47,880 bases of DNA from Octopus bimaculoides (GCF_001194135.2 NC_068981.1:96116118-96163997); one strand, 5' to 3'; positions 1 through 10,149 are shown, numbered from the stretch's first letter. Numbers and translations: made by a program. The notes: generated by a model not told the origin, from the sequence alone.

Positions 1-33
<33 letters not shown>
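1..33. repeat. (TA)n microsatellite
   Basis: Pure AT dinucleotide run at the window start. Similar TA/CA tracts at 775-825, 5719-5760, 6155-6256 and 42998-43045. Confidence 0.95.
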
Positions 34-37
<4 letters not shown>

Positions 38-615
38 CAAAATAAGCAACAGGGTATCAAGAGGTGATGCAGTACAACCGTTTCAAGTGACTCCATTTAA
101 TTGAACAATGCAATCATTACATCAATTCAAATGCAGGGCTATCATCAGCTGCACAAATAAATAAATAGAATTTTAATCAGTTGAACACATTGATATAATT
201 TTACTCAAATACTTTAACAGAGCATGAAGTTGGAAAAAAATCCATTTTGATGCTATTGTAGATATGAATATACTACACTTCCAGGAAATGCATGAATCTT
301 ACTGGGGTCATAGCTTGTAAAGGATTGTGGTTCGTTTCTAATTTATTAATCTTTTTATCAACTATTAGATCTAAGACTAGAGGACTTTGTCTGTTAAGAA
401 TGAAGGGTAAGGGTGAGTTGACAGCTCATGGCGAGGTATGGCCATAAATATTTTGAAGATTTTAATTGTAAATTGAGTATAAAGTATCTGTCTATAAAGG
501 AGGCTGGGTAGGGGTATGTGTGTGAATGTGTTTGTGCATATATAAGCATGCATATATCATATATATTAGAGAGACAGAAAGAAGACATTTAATTCATATA
601 TGCCTACATACATAC

Positions 616-674
616 ATAACTGAAGAGATGGCGGCATGGGTTTCCGCCCCAACATCTGAAACTCGGAGTTTTAT
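616..674 (+). ncRNA. Degenerate type I hammerhead-ribozyme-like motif (Penelope-associated type)
   Basis: CUGAAGA 620-626; stem II GAUG/CAUC plus GCGG/CCGC; GAAA 658-661; near-palindromic stem III ACUC-G-GAGU; GUU triplet 668-670; stem I AUAA/UUAU. An extra U657 before GAAA is non-canonical. Confidence 0.4.
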
Positions 675-793
675 CATGGCTACCGAATAACTGTTACATA
701 TTATTTACAGATAAATTCCTGTATTTGCATAATATCGAGGTCTCTTTCTTTCTTTTGTTGTCTTACCTTTTCTGTCAATATATATATATACAC

Positions 794-825
<32 letters not shown>

Positions 826-955
826 NNNNNNNNNNNNNNNNNNNNNNNNNNNNNNNNNNNNNNNNNNNNNNNNNNNNNNNNNNNNNNNNNNNNNNNNNNN
901 NNNNNNNNNNNNNNNNNNNNNNNNNNNNNNNNNNNNNNNNNNNNNNNNNNNNNNN
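826..955. other. Assembly gap (N run)
   Basis: N run. Other gaps at 5912-6154, 8350-8587, 17737-17746, 27948-28593 and 38379-38487. Confidence 0.99.
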
Positions 956-1720
956 CAACCACCTAGTTCCCGGTTCAGTCCCTCAGCATGACACCTTGGA
1001 GAAGTGTCTCTTACTATATTCTCATGCTGACCAAAGCCTTCTGAGTGGATTGAGTACATGGAAACTGAAAGAAGCCTGTTGTGTATATATATATTCTTTT
1101 TTGTTTCAATCGTTTGACTGCGGCCATGTTGGAGCACCACCTTTAGTCGAACAAATCGACCCCAGGACTTATTCTTTGTAAGCGTAACACTTATTCTATT
1201 GGTCTATTTTGTCGAACCGCTAAGTTTCAGGGACGTAAAGGCACCAATATCAGTTGTCAAGCGATGGTTGGGGGTACAAACACAGACACACAAACATATA
1301 CATATATATATATATGACATGCTTCTTTCAGTTTCCGTCTACCAAATCCACTCACAAGGCTTTGGTCAGCCCGAGGCTATAGTAGAAGACACTTGCCCAA
1401 AGTGCCATGTAGTAGGACTGAACCCAGGACCATGTGGTTGGTAAGCAAGCTACTTACCACACAGCCATTCCTATTTATGTGTGTGTGTGTATGTCTTTAT
1501 GTCTGTGTCTGTCCCCTACGACTGCTTGACAACCAGCGTTGGAGTGTTTACGTCCCCGTAACCCGGAAGTTCGGTAAAAGAGATTGATAGAATAAGTACC
1601 ATGCTTAAATATAAAACAATAAGTACTGGAGTCGATTCATTCAACTAAAAAATTCTCCTAGGTGTTACCCCAGCATGACCATAGTCTAATGACTAAAACA
1701 AGTAATAGATAACAAATAAA
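956..1720 (+). mobile_element. tRNA-derived SINE (family A), split by a nested antisense copy
   Basis: Head and body 956-1090 (ggttcagtccc...ggaaactgaaagaagcc), tail 1490-1720 (cttgacaacc...ccccagcatg...gactaaaacaag). The same blocks recur at 31430-31745 and 38835-39185. Confidence 0.8.
1095..1471 (-). mobile_element. Full-length family A SINE nested in antisense orientation
   Basis: Reverse complement reads tggctgtgtggtaag (A-box-like)...gggttcagtcc (B-box-like)...ggaaactgaaagaagc...cttgacaac...ccaacatggccgcagtc. Same family as the host SINE. Confidence 0.8.
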
Positions 1721-1764
1721 AGATATGTATGTATGTATGGATGGATAGATGGATGGATGCATGC

Positions 1765-1900
1765 CTTTGTGTTTGTCTCCACCACTATTTGATAACCGGT
1801 GTTGGTTTTTCTACGTCCCTGTAACTAACGACTCGTTCCACTAAAAACCCTTTAAGTCCGTACCCTAACATGGCCGCAATCTAATGACTGAAACAAATTT
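1765..1900 (+). mobile_element. Internally deleted family A SINE tail
   Basis: ttgataaccggtgttgg...catggccgcaatctaatgactgaaac matches the tail at 1520-1700. Confidence 0.65.
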
Positions 1901-1957
1901 AAAAAAAATTTTAATAATTATAATACTGTGTATTGGACAATATTCTTTAATGTGTTC

Positions 1958-2160
1958 CTTTTTTTTTTTTTTTTTTTTTTCAGACGTTATATTTTGCTCT
2001 GAGAGTGATTTGGCTTCTATTTCTAACAGGTCTAGTGACTACATGGAGGCCACTTCCTACGTGTCTCATTTGTGCATAGATGCTCGATATTAAGATTTCA
2101 AAGGATGGCTGCTGAAGTTTTAAAATATCTCAGAGTGGGCGCGGTTAGAGTAAAGGGAGG
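1958..2160 (+). promoter_or_regulatory. Putative POMT2 promoter / 5' UTR region
   Basis: Long poly(T) run ending in CAG (1958-1983), ETS-like CCACTTCC (about 2049-2056), YY1-like GGATGGCTGC (2103-2112) and a GGGCGCGG patch. Motif-level evidence only. Confidence 0.35.
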
Positions 2161-2357
2161 TAACTTGTTTCATTCTATAGAGACAGAAATTACATTGTTG
2201 ATAACTATGTTACTAGGGAGTTGTGGTAGTGTTGAACAAAATAAAGACAATGTGTGACTGTTGACAGCTTTACAGCTATCTATAATGTGAAAAGAAAAAG
2301 AAGACGTATGTGTGAACCAAATATTTTTCACTGCCGTTCCATATCCGTGCCTTAAAG

Positions 2358-4772
2358 ATGAATGAAGATATAAATGTGGATTCCGATCTTTGTGATCGCT
2401 TCCGATACCAAAATCGTCAACTCGACAACTTAACGGCAAACGAGTACCTCGCATTCAAGAAAAATTACGAAGAAAATTTTAAAGAGCAACACCCAGTTGA
2501 TGGTGCTGAAGATGGCTATAAACTTTCAACCGATGGAGAAATATATGAACACAAAAAATACGCACAGAACGACGTGACTACTTCCACTGATATATCATCG
2601 GAATATTTTGCTAAAGAAAATGGCAATGTGACCAACAAGACAAAAAATGAAATCTCCCCACAAAAGCCACAAGAAAATGAAATATCGCCTCTTCCCTACA
2701 ATCGAAGACTGTTTACATCCTGTTTGTCTTTATTGACTTTAATATCTTTATTATCTCGTCTTTACAAGATAGAGGAACCACCTCATGTTTGTTGGGACGA
2801 AACTCATTTCGGTAAAATGGCCAGCTGGTATATTCAGAGAACGTTTTTCTTTGATGTACACCCACCTTTAGGTAAGATGCTCATTGCTTTCTCTGGTTTG
2901 CTCACCGGTTACGATGGTAATTTTCCTTTTGCTAAACCAGGTGACGAGTATGAAGACACACAATATGTTGGCATGAGAATTTTCTGTGCTCTCCTCGGGA
3001 CTGCTATAATCCCAATCAGTTTCTTAATTGTTTGGGAACTTACGAAATCCATTATAGCATCATTTCTAGCAGGTCTTATAATTCTGGCTGACACTGGAAT
3101 CCTCACGTTATCCCGGCACATTTTACTGGATCCCATACTCTTGTTTTTTATTATGATGTCTACATATAGTATTCTTAAATTTGTATCACTGCGACAGAAG
3201 TCTTTTACATTAGAATGGTGGTTCTGGTTATCTACCACAGGGATGTTCCTTGCATTTTCCATTGGGGTCAAATTCGTTGGATTATTTGTTATTTTACTTG
3301 CGGGCTACACAACTGCCAAAGATTTATGGGACATTCTTGGCGACACATCCATACCGCTCTTTTTATTCCTCCGTCACTTCATCGCTCGATCACTGTGTTT
3401 AATCATTTTACCAATATTTATCTACATGCTTATATTTTGTGTACATTTTAAAATTCTTCATAAAAGTGGCAATGGAGATGGTTTCTACAGTTCTGCATTT
3501 CAATCTCAGCTTATTGGCAATAAACTTTACAATGTCAGCATGCCAGAGAATGTAGCCTATGGAAGTGTAATTTCTCTGAAACAAAAGAGAGCTGGTGGTG
3601 CTTACTTGCATTCCCATCACCACCTTTATCCAGAGGAACATCCTCCTCGACAGCAACAAGTTACTACCTACAGCCACAAAGATGAGAATAACTTGTGGAA
3701 AATTAAATATCCAGATAGAGAAGCACCATTTTCAACATCACCTCAGATTCTGAAAAATGGAGATCTGATTCGGCTGGAACATGTAATAACTCGTCGGAAC
3801 CTACACAGTCACCAAGAAGTAGCTCCCATTACACAGAGACATTATCAAGTGACAGGTTATGGTCAGGATGGTGTAGGCGATGGTAATGATATGTGGATTG
3901 TTGAAATTGTTGGAGTATCTGATAGGAATTCTGTACAGACTGTACGCAGTAAAGTCCGTTTAATACATTACTATATGCGATGTGCTCTTCAGTCCCATGA
4001 TATGAGATTGCCGAAATGGGGCTGGGAACAGCTTGAAGTCACTTGCAACCCTAATATCAAAGATCCCAAAACTTTGTGGAGTGTAGAAGAAGTGTGGGAT
4101 TCACGGTTGCCTAATGTTAGTTTTGAGGTATACTCTCCTAATTTCCTAGAGAAATTTATTGAGAGCCATGTTGTTATGACTCAAGGCAACAGTGGCCTAA
4201 AACCAAGTGAAGGTGAACTGACGTCCAGACCCTGGCAGTGGCCCATTGACTACAGAGGGCAAACATTTTCTGGTAAAGATCATCGAATATATTTATTAGG
4301 TAATCCAGTGGTTTTCTGGGGAAATATTGCTGTCTTTGTGCTATTTCTCATCATTTATATTGTATATGTAATCCGGCACCAGCGAGATCCCACATATCAG
4401 GAGAAATTAATTAGTTTTAACCAGAGGACATTTAATTCCTGTTGGTGGTTGATTCTTGGTTGGGCCTTACATTATTTTCCATTCTGGGGTATGAGTCGTG
4501 TTCTATATTTCCATCATTATTTCCCAGCATTCCTATTCAATGCCATGTTCACTGCTATCATGCTTGATTATCTCATCACACATTTTACCATAAGTTTCCC
4601 TGAACATTTAGCAACAACTTTCTACCACTGGTCACTAGGATTGGTAATTTCATGCCTTGGATTCAGCTTCTATTTATTTGCCCCACTTGCTTATGGTATG
4701 TCTGGTCCAGAGGCTGCTGATGAATCAAGTAAAATGCATAAGTTAAAATGGCTGAATTCCTGGGAAATCTAA
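2358..4772 (+). CDS. POMT2: Protein O-mannosyltransferase 2 (dolichyl-phosphate-mannose--protein mannosyltransferase), single-exon CDS
   Basis: Uninterrupted 804-aa ORF. Motifs EPPHVCWDETHFGKM, RTFFFDVHPPLGKMLI, GVKFVGLF, SGNGDGFYSSAFQ, three MIR repeats (YLHSH, NLHSH, LQSH), LTSRPWQWP, IYLLGNP and YFHHYFPA match recalled human POMT2 rather than POMT1. Confidence 0.97.
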   Translation: MNEDINVDSDLCDRFRYQNRQLDNLTANEYLAFKKNYEENFKEQHPVDGAEDGYKLSTDGEIYEHKKYAQNDVTTSTDISSEYFAKENGNVTNKTKNEISPQKPQENEISPLPYNRRLFTSCLSLLTLISLLSRLYKIEEPPHVCWDETHFGKMASWYIQRTFFFDVHPPLGKMLIAFSGLLTGYDGNFPFAKPGDEYEDTQYVGMRIFCALLGTAIIPISFLIVWELTKSIIASFLAGLIILADTGILTLSRHILLDPILLFFIMMSTYSILKFVSLRQKSFTLEWWFWLSTTGMFLAFSIGVKFVGLFVILLAGYTTAKDLWDILGDTSIPLFLFLRHFIARSLCLIILPIFIYMLIFCVHFKILHKSGNGDGFYSSAFQSQLIGNKLYNVSMPENVAYGSVISLKQKRAGGAYLHSHHHLYPEEHPPRQQQVTTYSHKDENNLWKIKYPDREAPFSTSPQILKNGDLIRLEHVITRRNLHSHQEVAPITQRHYQVTGYGQDGVGDGNDMWIVEIVGVSDRNSVQTVRSKVRLIHYYMRCALQSHDMRLPKWGWEQLEVTCNPNIKDPKTLWSVEEVWDSRLPNVSFEVYSPNFLEKFIESHVVMTQGNSGLKPSEGELTSRPWQWPIDYRGQTFSGKDHRIYLLGNPVVFWGNIAVFVLFLIIYIVYVIRHQRDPTYQEKLISFNQRTFNSCWWLILGWALHYFPFWGMSRVLYFHHYFPAFLFNAMFTAIMLDYLITHFTISFPEHLATTFYHWSLGLVISCLGFSFYLFAPLAYGMSGPEAADESSKMHKLKWLNSWEI

Positions 4773-5399
4773 TACATACAGAGATGTCTAGCTGTTATTT
4801 CCTTATGCAAACTACTGAGCTTTCTGAATACCTTAATTTAAGACCATTATATTCAATTACTTCATTAGTTTTGTAATTCCATTTCTATTACACACATGTG
4901 CTGAACAAATTACTAATTATGTTAAGTTCCTTCAACATAAAATGTTCTTCCTTAGTGGATATATTTAACTTAGTATGCTCTTAGAAATTTACACTTGTAT
5001 GGCTTTAACAATTTTTCAACAAAATTTATAATTTCTAATTCTAATTTGGCAGCAATACTTTTTATCTTAAGCATACAAAATATTGTAATTTTTTGATAAT
5101 TTATTCTTTCATTTATTTCTTTAATTTACTCAACCAATTTTTTTAATTACCTAAATGTATTTTCACCAATTGTTTTATTGTACACACACACACACACATC
5201 CATCCATGTATACACACATGCTATATATGTGTGTGTGTGTACTTTCATAGTCTTCTATGTCACATCTAGTCACTGTTCTTCCTATGTCACAGCCCTTGTT
5301 TCACTTGTACATGCACAGCATTTTTGGACCACATGTATTTTGTTCCCATGCTATTTATTTTGAGGCCAGATGTCCAACTCTGTTTGCATGATCTATAGC

Positions 5400-5715
5400 T
5401 TATCTGAGGTTTCCGTGATGGGCACTTTGTCACTATGGATTAGAGGTGATTAGTAACTCACCACTGATGTTGATGCCACCTTTCTGACCACTAATTACCA
5501 TATCAAGATGTGAAAACCTTTGAAGAGATGGCATTTCCCTGTTTGGTTACTTTCCTGATTGGAACTCTTATGAGTGAGGATAGAAGATCTGTATTAGTGG
5601 TACATCCTGAATTCACTTCCCTGAGAAGTTTGATTTGTTGAGTGTTGATCCCTTGCATCTCCAGAGACTTCAGCACATCATTCACTTTGATGCTACGCAT
5701 CAAAGTGAAGGAAGT
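5400..5715 (-). mobile_element. Decayed non-LTR reverse transcriptase fragment (RTE-like)
   Basis: ORF 5503-5703 reads VLKSLEMQGINTQQIKLLREVNSGC...IRVPIRKVTKQGNAISSKVF, resembling the RT motif GV(R/K)QGD.ISP.LF. Confidence 0.65.
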
Positions 5716-5717
5716 GC

Positions 5718-5766
<49 letters not shown>

Positions 5767-6154
5767 TTATTTATTTGGATGAGAATTTAGCTGAGCAGTT
5801 CAGTAACTGAGAGTTATGATAGTGTTTCAGTTTATATAGTATTTTTTTATTTTTATTTTGTTTGGATGTATGTATGTGAAATGGTAGCAAACTGAGCTTA
5901 CAACTATATTCNNNNNNNNNNNNNNNNNNNNNNNNNNNNNNNNNNNNNNNNNNNNNNNNNNNNNNNNNNNNNNNNNNNNNNNNNNNNNNNNNNNNNNNNN
6001 NNNNNNNNNNNNNNNNNNNNNNNNNNNNNNNNNNNNNNNNNNNNNNNNNNNNNNNNNNNNNNNNNNNNNNNNNNNNNNNNNNNNNNNNNNNNNNNNNNNN
6101 NNNNNNNNNNNNNNNNNNNNNNNNNNNNNNNNNNNNNNNNNNNNNNNNNNNNNN

Positions 6155-6189
<35 letters not shown>

Positions 6190-6219
6190 TTCTAAAATTT
6201 CTTTTGCTGCTCTATGTTT

Positions 6220-6261
<42 letters not shown>

Positions 6262-7019
6262 TTATTTATTTGGATGAGAATTTAGCTGAGCAGTTCAGTA
6301 ACTGAGAGTTATGATAGTGTTTCAGTTTATATAGTATTTTTTTATTTTTATTTTGTTTGGATGTATGTATGTGAAATGGTAGCAAACTGAGCTTACAACT
6401 ATATTCACTGGTTGCTCACCTACTATACAGTACTTGCTATACATAGATACTGCATGTGAACATGTCATTATGTAATGTCTATGCATAGACACTGCATACT
6501 GACATTGATCCCACCAAAATGACATCTAAAATTCATTATCATTAATCATCATCATCATTTTTGTGTCTACTTTCCCATATTAGAAATGTTGGGAGGGACA
6601 TTTTGAGACAGTGTGGGTTTTTTTTTTTGGTTGGAAGCTTTTGCTGTACCAACTCTTTAGTCACTTCTTATGTTACACTGAGACTCAATGTACCTATTTT
6701 ACTATATTGCTACACATGGACATGTGTACTTGCTACACATGGACATGTGTGCATTCTTTTGTTTTCTGAGGTTTTCTTTTATAGTGATTGTTACCCAGGT
6801 CATGCTGGAGCACTACCTTGAATATGTGTCTAGCATGCAAACAGAACCAACATGCAACATTTCTAAAAGAGTGTTATTTCTCACTAACTTAAAATAAATA
6901 CATCCCCAAATACTCAGTTTTACACAAATGAAATTAAGATCATCAAATAATAAAACAGTGCTAAACTAAGCCAAGAGAGTAGGTGATATTTTCTTGATCT
7001 ACGGTAGCAAGTTGACAGA

Positions 7020-7205
7020 ATTGTTAGCATGCCAGGCAAAATTCTTAGCAGTATCTCATCTGTCTTTACGTTCTGAGTTCAAATTCTGCCGAGGTTAACT
7101 TTACCTTTCATCCTTTCAGGGTCAATAAAATAAGTACCAGTTGAACATTGAGATCACTTAGCCCCTCCTCCAAAATTGATGGCCTTGTACCAAAATTTGA
7201 AATCA
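7020..7205 (+). mobile_element. SINE family B (conserved gcctttcatcctttcggggtcgataaaataagtaccag core)
   Basis: ttctgagttcaaattctgccgagg...ctttcatcctttcagggtcaataaaataagtaccag...ggccttgtaccaaaatttgaaa. The core recurs at 13183-13915, 18715-18890, 34395-34570 (-) and 43780-43900 (-). Confidence 0.75.
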
Positions 7206-7987
7206 ATATTTTCTTGACCTGCTAGAAATAGCAACCAAATCTTCCTGAAATCAAACCCCCATCATCTTAAGCAAGGAAGAGCACTTTGTGGATATTGCTT
7301 GTCCTAGATGACCCTAAAAATACAATGTGATCGTGGCTGGAATGCCTTTCATTAAAGCAGTCTGGATCAAAGCTGACCTTGTGCTAAACAGCACCTACAA
7401 TGCTAAATGATATACTTTTTAGGTATTTATCTTAATAACCATAACAGCACACTCAGTACACACCATTGTAAGCATGTGCAGATTGAGACATGTTTGAACA
7501 CATTTATCTATATGAAATATCAATCCAAAAATTACATTGTGTTGCACTCATATTCATATTTTATTTTATCTTATTTACGTTTAAAAAAAATTTTTTACTA
7601 TCTTTTTCTCTTTACCAGAGTCACAAGTACATTGTCATGTTTATTTTGAATTATTTTTATTGATCTAATTGTTTTGATATGCAAAATTTTTGTTTTTATA
7701 TGAAATTTGGTGGCTTATGACAAAATTATTTAAGAACAGATATTTCATCATAAATTTGAAACAGACATTGTGTGTGTGCTTGTATATGTATATATGTGTG
7801 TAATATCTACCTGTGGTGGATGCATGTGCTTAATGAGTTTAACAGGGGGATGGCACATACACACACACATAGACATATTTATAATTGTATCACATATTGA
7901 CCAGACTGTTCGATGTTCTTATACATTGCTAGTCACAATGCACTTACTTGTATTGTAGCTTACCCCTGAACAGAATGTCAGTCCATC

Positions 7988-8349
7988 AAAGTACAATCAA
8001 ACAAGCTTTTGTCAACATCATAAAATGTCTTCTTACACAGTTAAAAGATTAATTTAAGATTTTCTGAATGAATTGTAATATCACTTGTGATTTTCATTAC
8101 TCTGAGTGGTTGGCGTTAGGAAGGGCATCCAGCTGTAGAAACTCTGCCAAATTTAGATTGGAGCCTGGTGTTGCCATCCGGTTTCACCAGTCCTCAGTCA
8201 AGTCGTCCAACCCATGCTAGCATGGAAAGCGGACGTTAAACGATGATGATGATGATGATGATGATAAATAATTTGAAGGAATTTCCAAAATCAGGTTATG
8301 GACTTATCAAGGTTTTGTAGTCTAATCTATAGCATTTATCCCACCTTAC
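7988..8349 (+). repeat. Left arm of a ~200-bp near-identical inverted duplication (partner 10175-10375)
   Basis: 7988-8100 plus 8264-8349 equal the reverse complement of 10175-10375, apart from about two substitutions and a 163-bp insertion. Confidence 0.9.
8101..8263 (+). mobile_element. 5'-truncated RTE-type 3' tail insertion ending in (GAT)n
   Basis: gagtggttggcgttaggaagggcatccagctgtagaaactc...catgctagcatggaaagcggacgttaaacgatgatg. Absent from the inverted partner copy; the same tail ends the RTE at 9600-9763. Confidence 0.85.
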
Positions 8350-8629
8350 NNNNNNNNNNNNNNNNNNNNNNNNNNNNNNNNNNNNNNNNNNNNNNNNNNN
8401 NNNNNNNNNNNNNNNNNNNNNNNNNNNNNNNNNNNNNNNNNNNNNNNNNNNNNNNNNNNNNNNNNNNNNNNNNNNNNNNNNNNNNNNNNNNNNNNNNNNN
8501 NNNNNNNNNNNNNNNNNNNNNNNNNNNNNNNNNNNNNNNNNNNNNNNNNNNNNNNNNNNNNNNNNNNNNNNNNNNNNNNNNNNNNNNTATATATATATAT
8601 ATATATATATATATTCTTGGCAAACAGGA

Positions 8630-9763
8630 CACAGTCGTGCATTTAGAGAATTAACATATATATTAGGGCTATTAGACAAAAGAAACAGGCTTGGAAGGAC
8701 TGGAAGAATGGTGGTAGCAGGGAATTGTATCAGACTGTCAGAAGGGAAGTTAGGAGACAGGTTTATTTAGCCAGAGGGGAAGCAGATGAGAAAAAATTTG
8801 CCAATGTTCTGCGCCATGAGGACCAAAGACTTGAGGTATTTCGTGTTGCAAGACAGTGTGTGAGAGAGAATCGTGATGCCGTGGGAGAGAAATGTGTTTG
8901 CATGGATGATGATACACTTGCACTAAACGAGGCAGCAAAGAAAGAGGTTTGGAGATGCCACTACAAATGATTTCTCAATAAAGAAAACCAATGGGAGAAA
9001 GAGAGTCTGCCGAATGTCGACCCAACAGAGGGACCAGTGATTCGAGTTGACAGTACCATGGTAGATAAAGCAATTAAGAGTATGAAGACAGGGAAAGCCC
9101 CCGGCCTATCAGGAATCACTGCAGAGATGCTCAAAATATCTGGCTGTGTCAGCTATAGCCTAGTCATCCATATAGTTAACCAGGTGATACCCGAAGGAGT
9201 CATACCCAATGGCTGGTGTAGCAGCACCATAGTCAACTGCTACAAAGGTAAAGGTGACGCTTTAGATACAAATAATTACAGAGGTTGTTAGATCAGGTAA
9301 TGAAAGTCATGGAGAGGGTCATAGCCCAACTAATTAGGGAGAGAGTTAGTTTAGATGAGATGCAGTCTGGGTTTGTGCCAGGAAAAAGCACCACTGCTGC
9401 TATATTTCTGGTGAGACATCTGCAGGAGAAATAAAACCTCTGTACCTAGCCTTCGTTGACATGGAGAAAGCCTTTGACAGGGTCCCCCGATCCCTTCTCT
9501 GGTGGTCAATTAGGAAACTAGGGATAGAAGAATGGTTAGTGAGAGCTGTGCGAGCCATGTACAGAGACGCTATCAGTAAGGTGAGAGTTGGCCAGTGGCA
9601 CATAAAAGCACCCACTACACTCTTGAAGTGGTTGGCGTTGGGAAGGGCATCCAGCTGTAGAAACTCTACCAAATCAGATTGGAACCTGGTTCACCTGTCC
9701 TCAGTCAAATCGTCCAACCCATGCTAGCATGGAAAGCGGACATTAAACGATGATGATGATGAT
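8630..9763 (+). mobile_element. RTE-clade LINE fragment (RT N-terminal half joined to the 3' tail)
   Basis: Translations MKTGKAPGLSGITAEMLK, NCYKGKGDALDTNNYRG, LDEMQSGFVPGKSTT and LAFVDMEKAFDRVPRSLLWW, with stops and frameshifts; ends in a (GAT)n tail. Confidence 0.9.
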
Positions 9764-10067
9764 ATGAGTATGTGTGTGCGTGTGTATATATATATATATA
9801 GAGAGAGAGAGAAAGAAGAGAGCCTTCTATATTATCTGTGCAAAGAAATCATTAGTTTTCTGTAATATCAGCATGTAAAAATTGCTTAATATGGAAAGCA
9901 ATTTTTAGGTACCTTTGTTAAGAATATCCTAATTCCACCCTGAGATCTTTACATGGAACTATGTGTGTGTGTTTTTTTTATAACAAGTTATATATAAAAA
10001 CAATTTGGCATTAAACTGAAGGATTATCCAATACATGTTAGTAGAGTACATATTTATTAAGTTTTAC

Positions 10068-10149
10068 CAGGAAAAGGTTGACAGTGACTTCGAAGTTTCA
10101 GCATACTCGCCTTCATCAGACTTCAGTGTCACTGTCAACTTTTTCCTTG
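10068..10149 (-). ncRNA. Type I hammerhead ribozyme, minimal palindromic-stem-III class
   Basis: Minus strand: GUUGACAGUGACACUGAAGU-CUGAUGA-A-GGC-GAGUAU-GCU-GAAA-CUUCGAA-GUC-ACUGUCAAC. Core CUGAUGA 10119-10113, GAAA 10099-10096, perfect palindrome ACUUCGAAGU, GUC triplet 10088-10086, stem I complementarity. Confidence 0.75.

Noticed and set aside
755-780. Strong - strand donor AAAG/GTAAGA
   Set aside because: There is no plausible exon upstream of it (it abuts a microsatellite and a gap).
701-1140. ORFs running through N gaps (also 8296-8679, 27814-28782, 38346-38801)
   Set aside because: They are open only because N codons contain no stops; the flanks are microsatellite or transposon sequence.
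2909-3677. Antisense and alternate-frame ORFs overlapping POMT2
   Set aside because: Shadow ORFs of a long coding sequence with no recognisable motifs.
5760-6407. About 150-bp exact direct repeat (5760-5911 and 6255-6407)
   Set aside because: The copies are identical, flank an N gap and abut (TA)n tracts, which is typical of an unmerged contig overlap rather than a real duplication.
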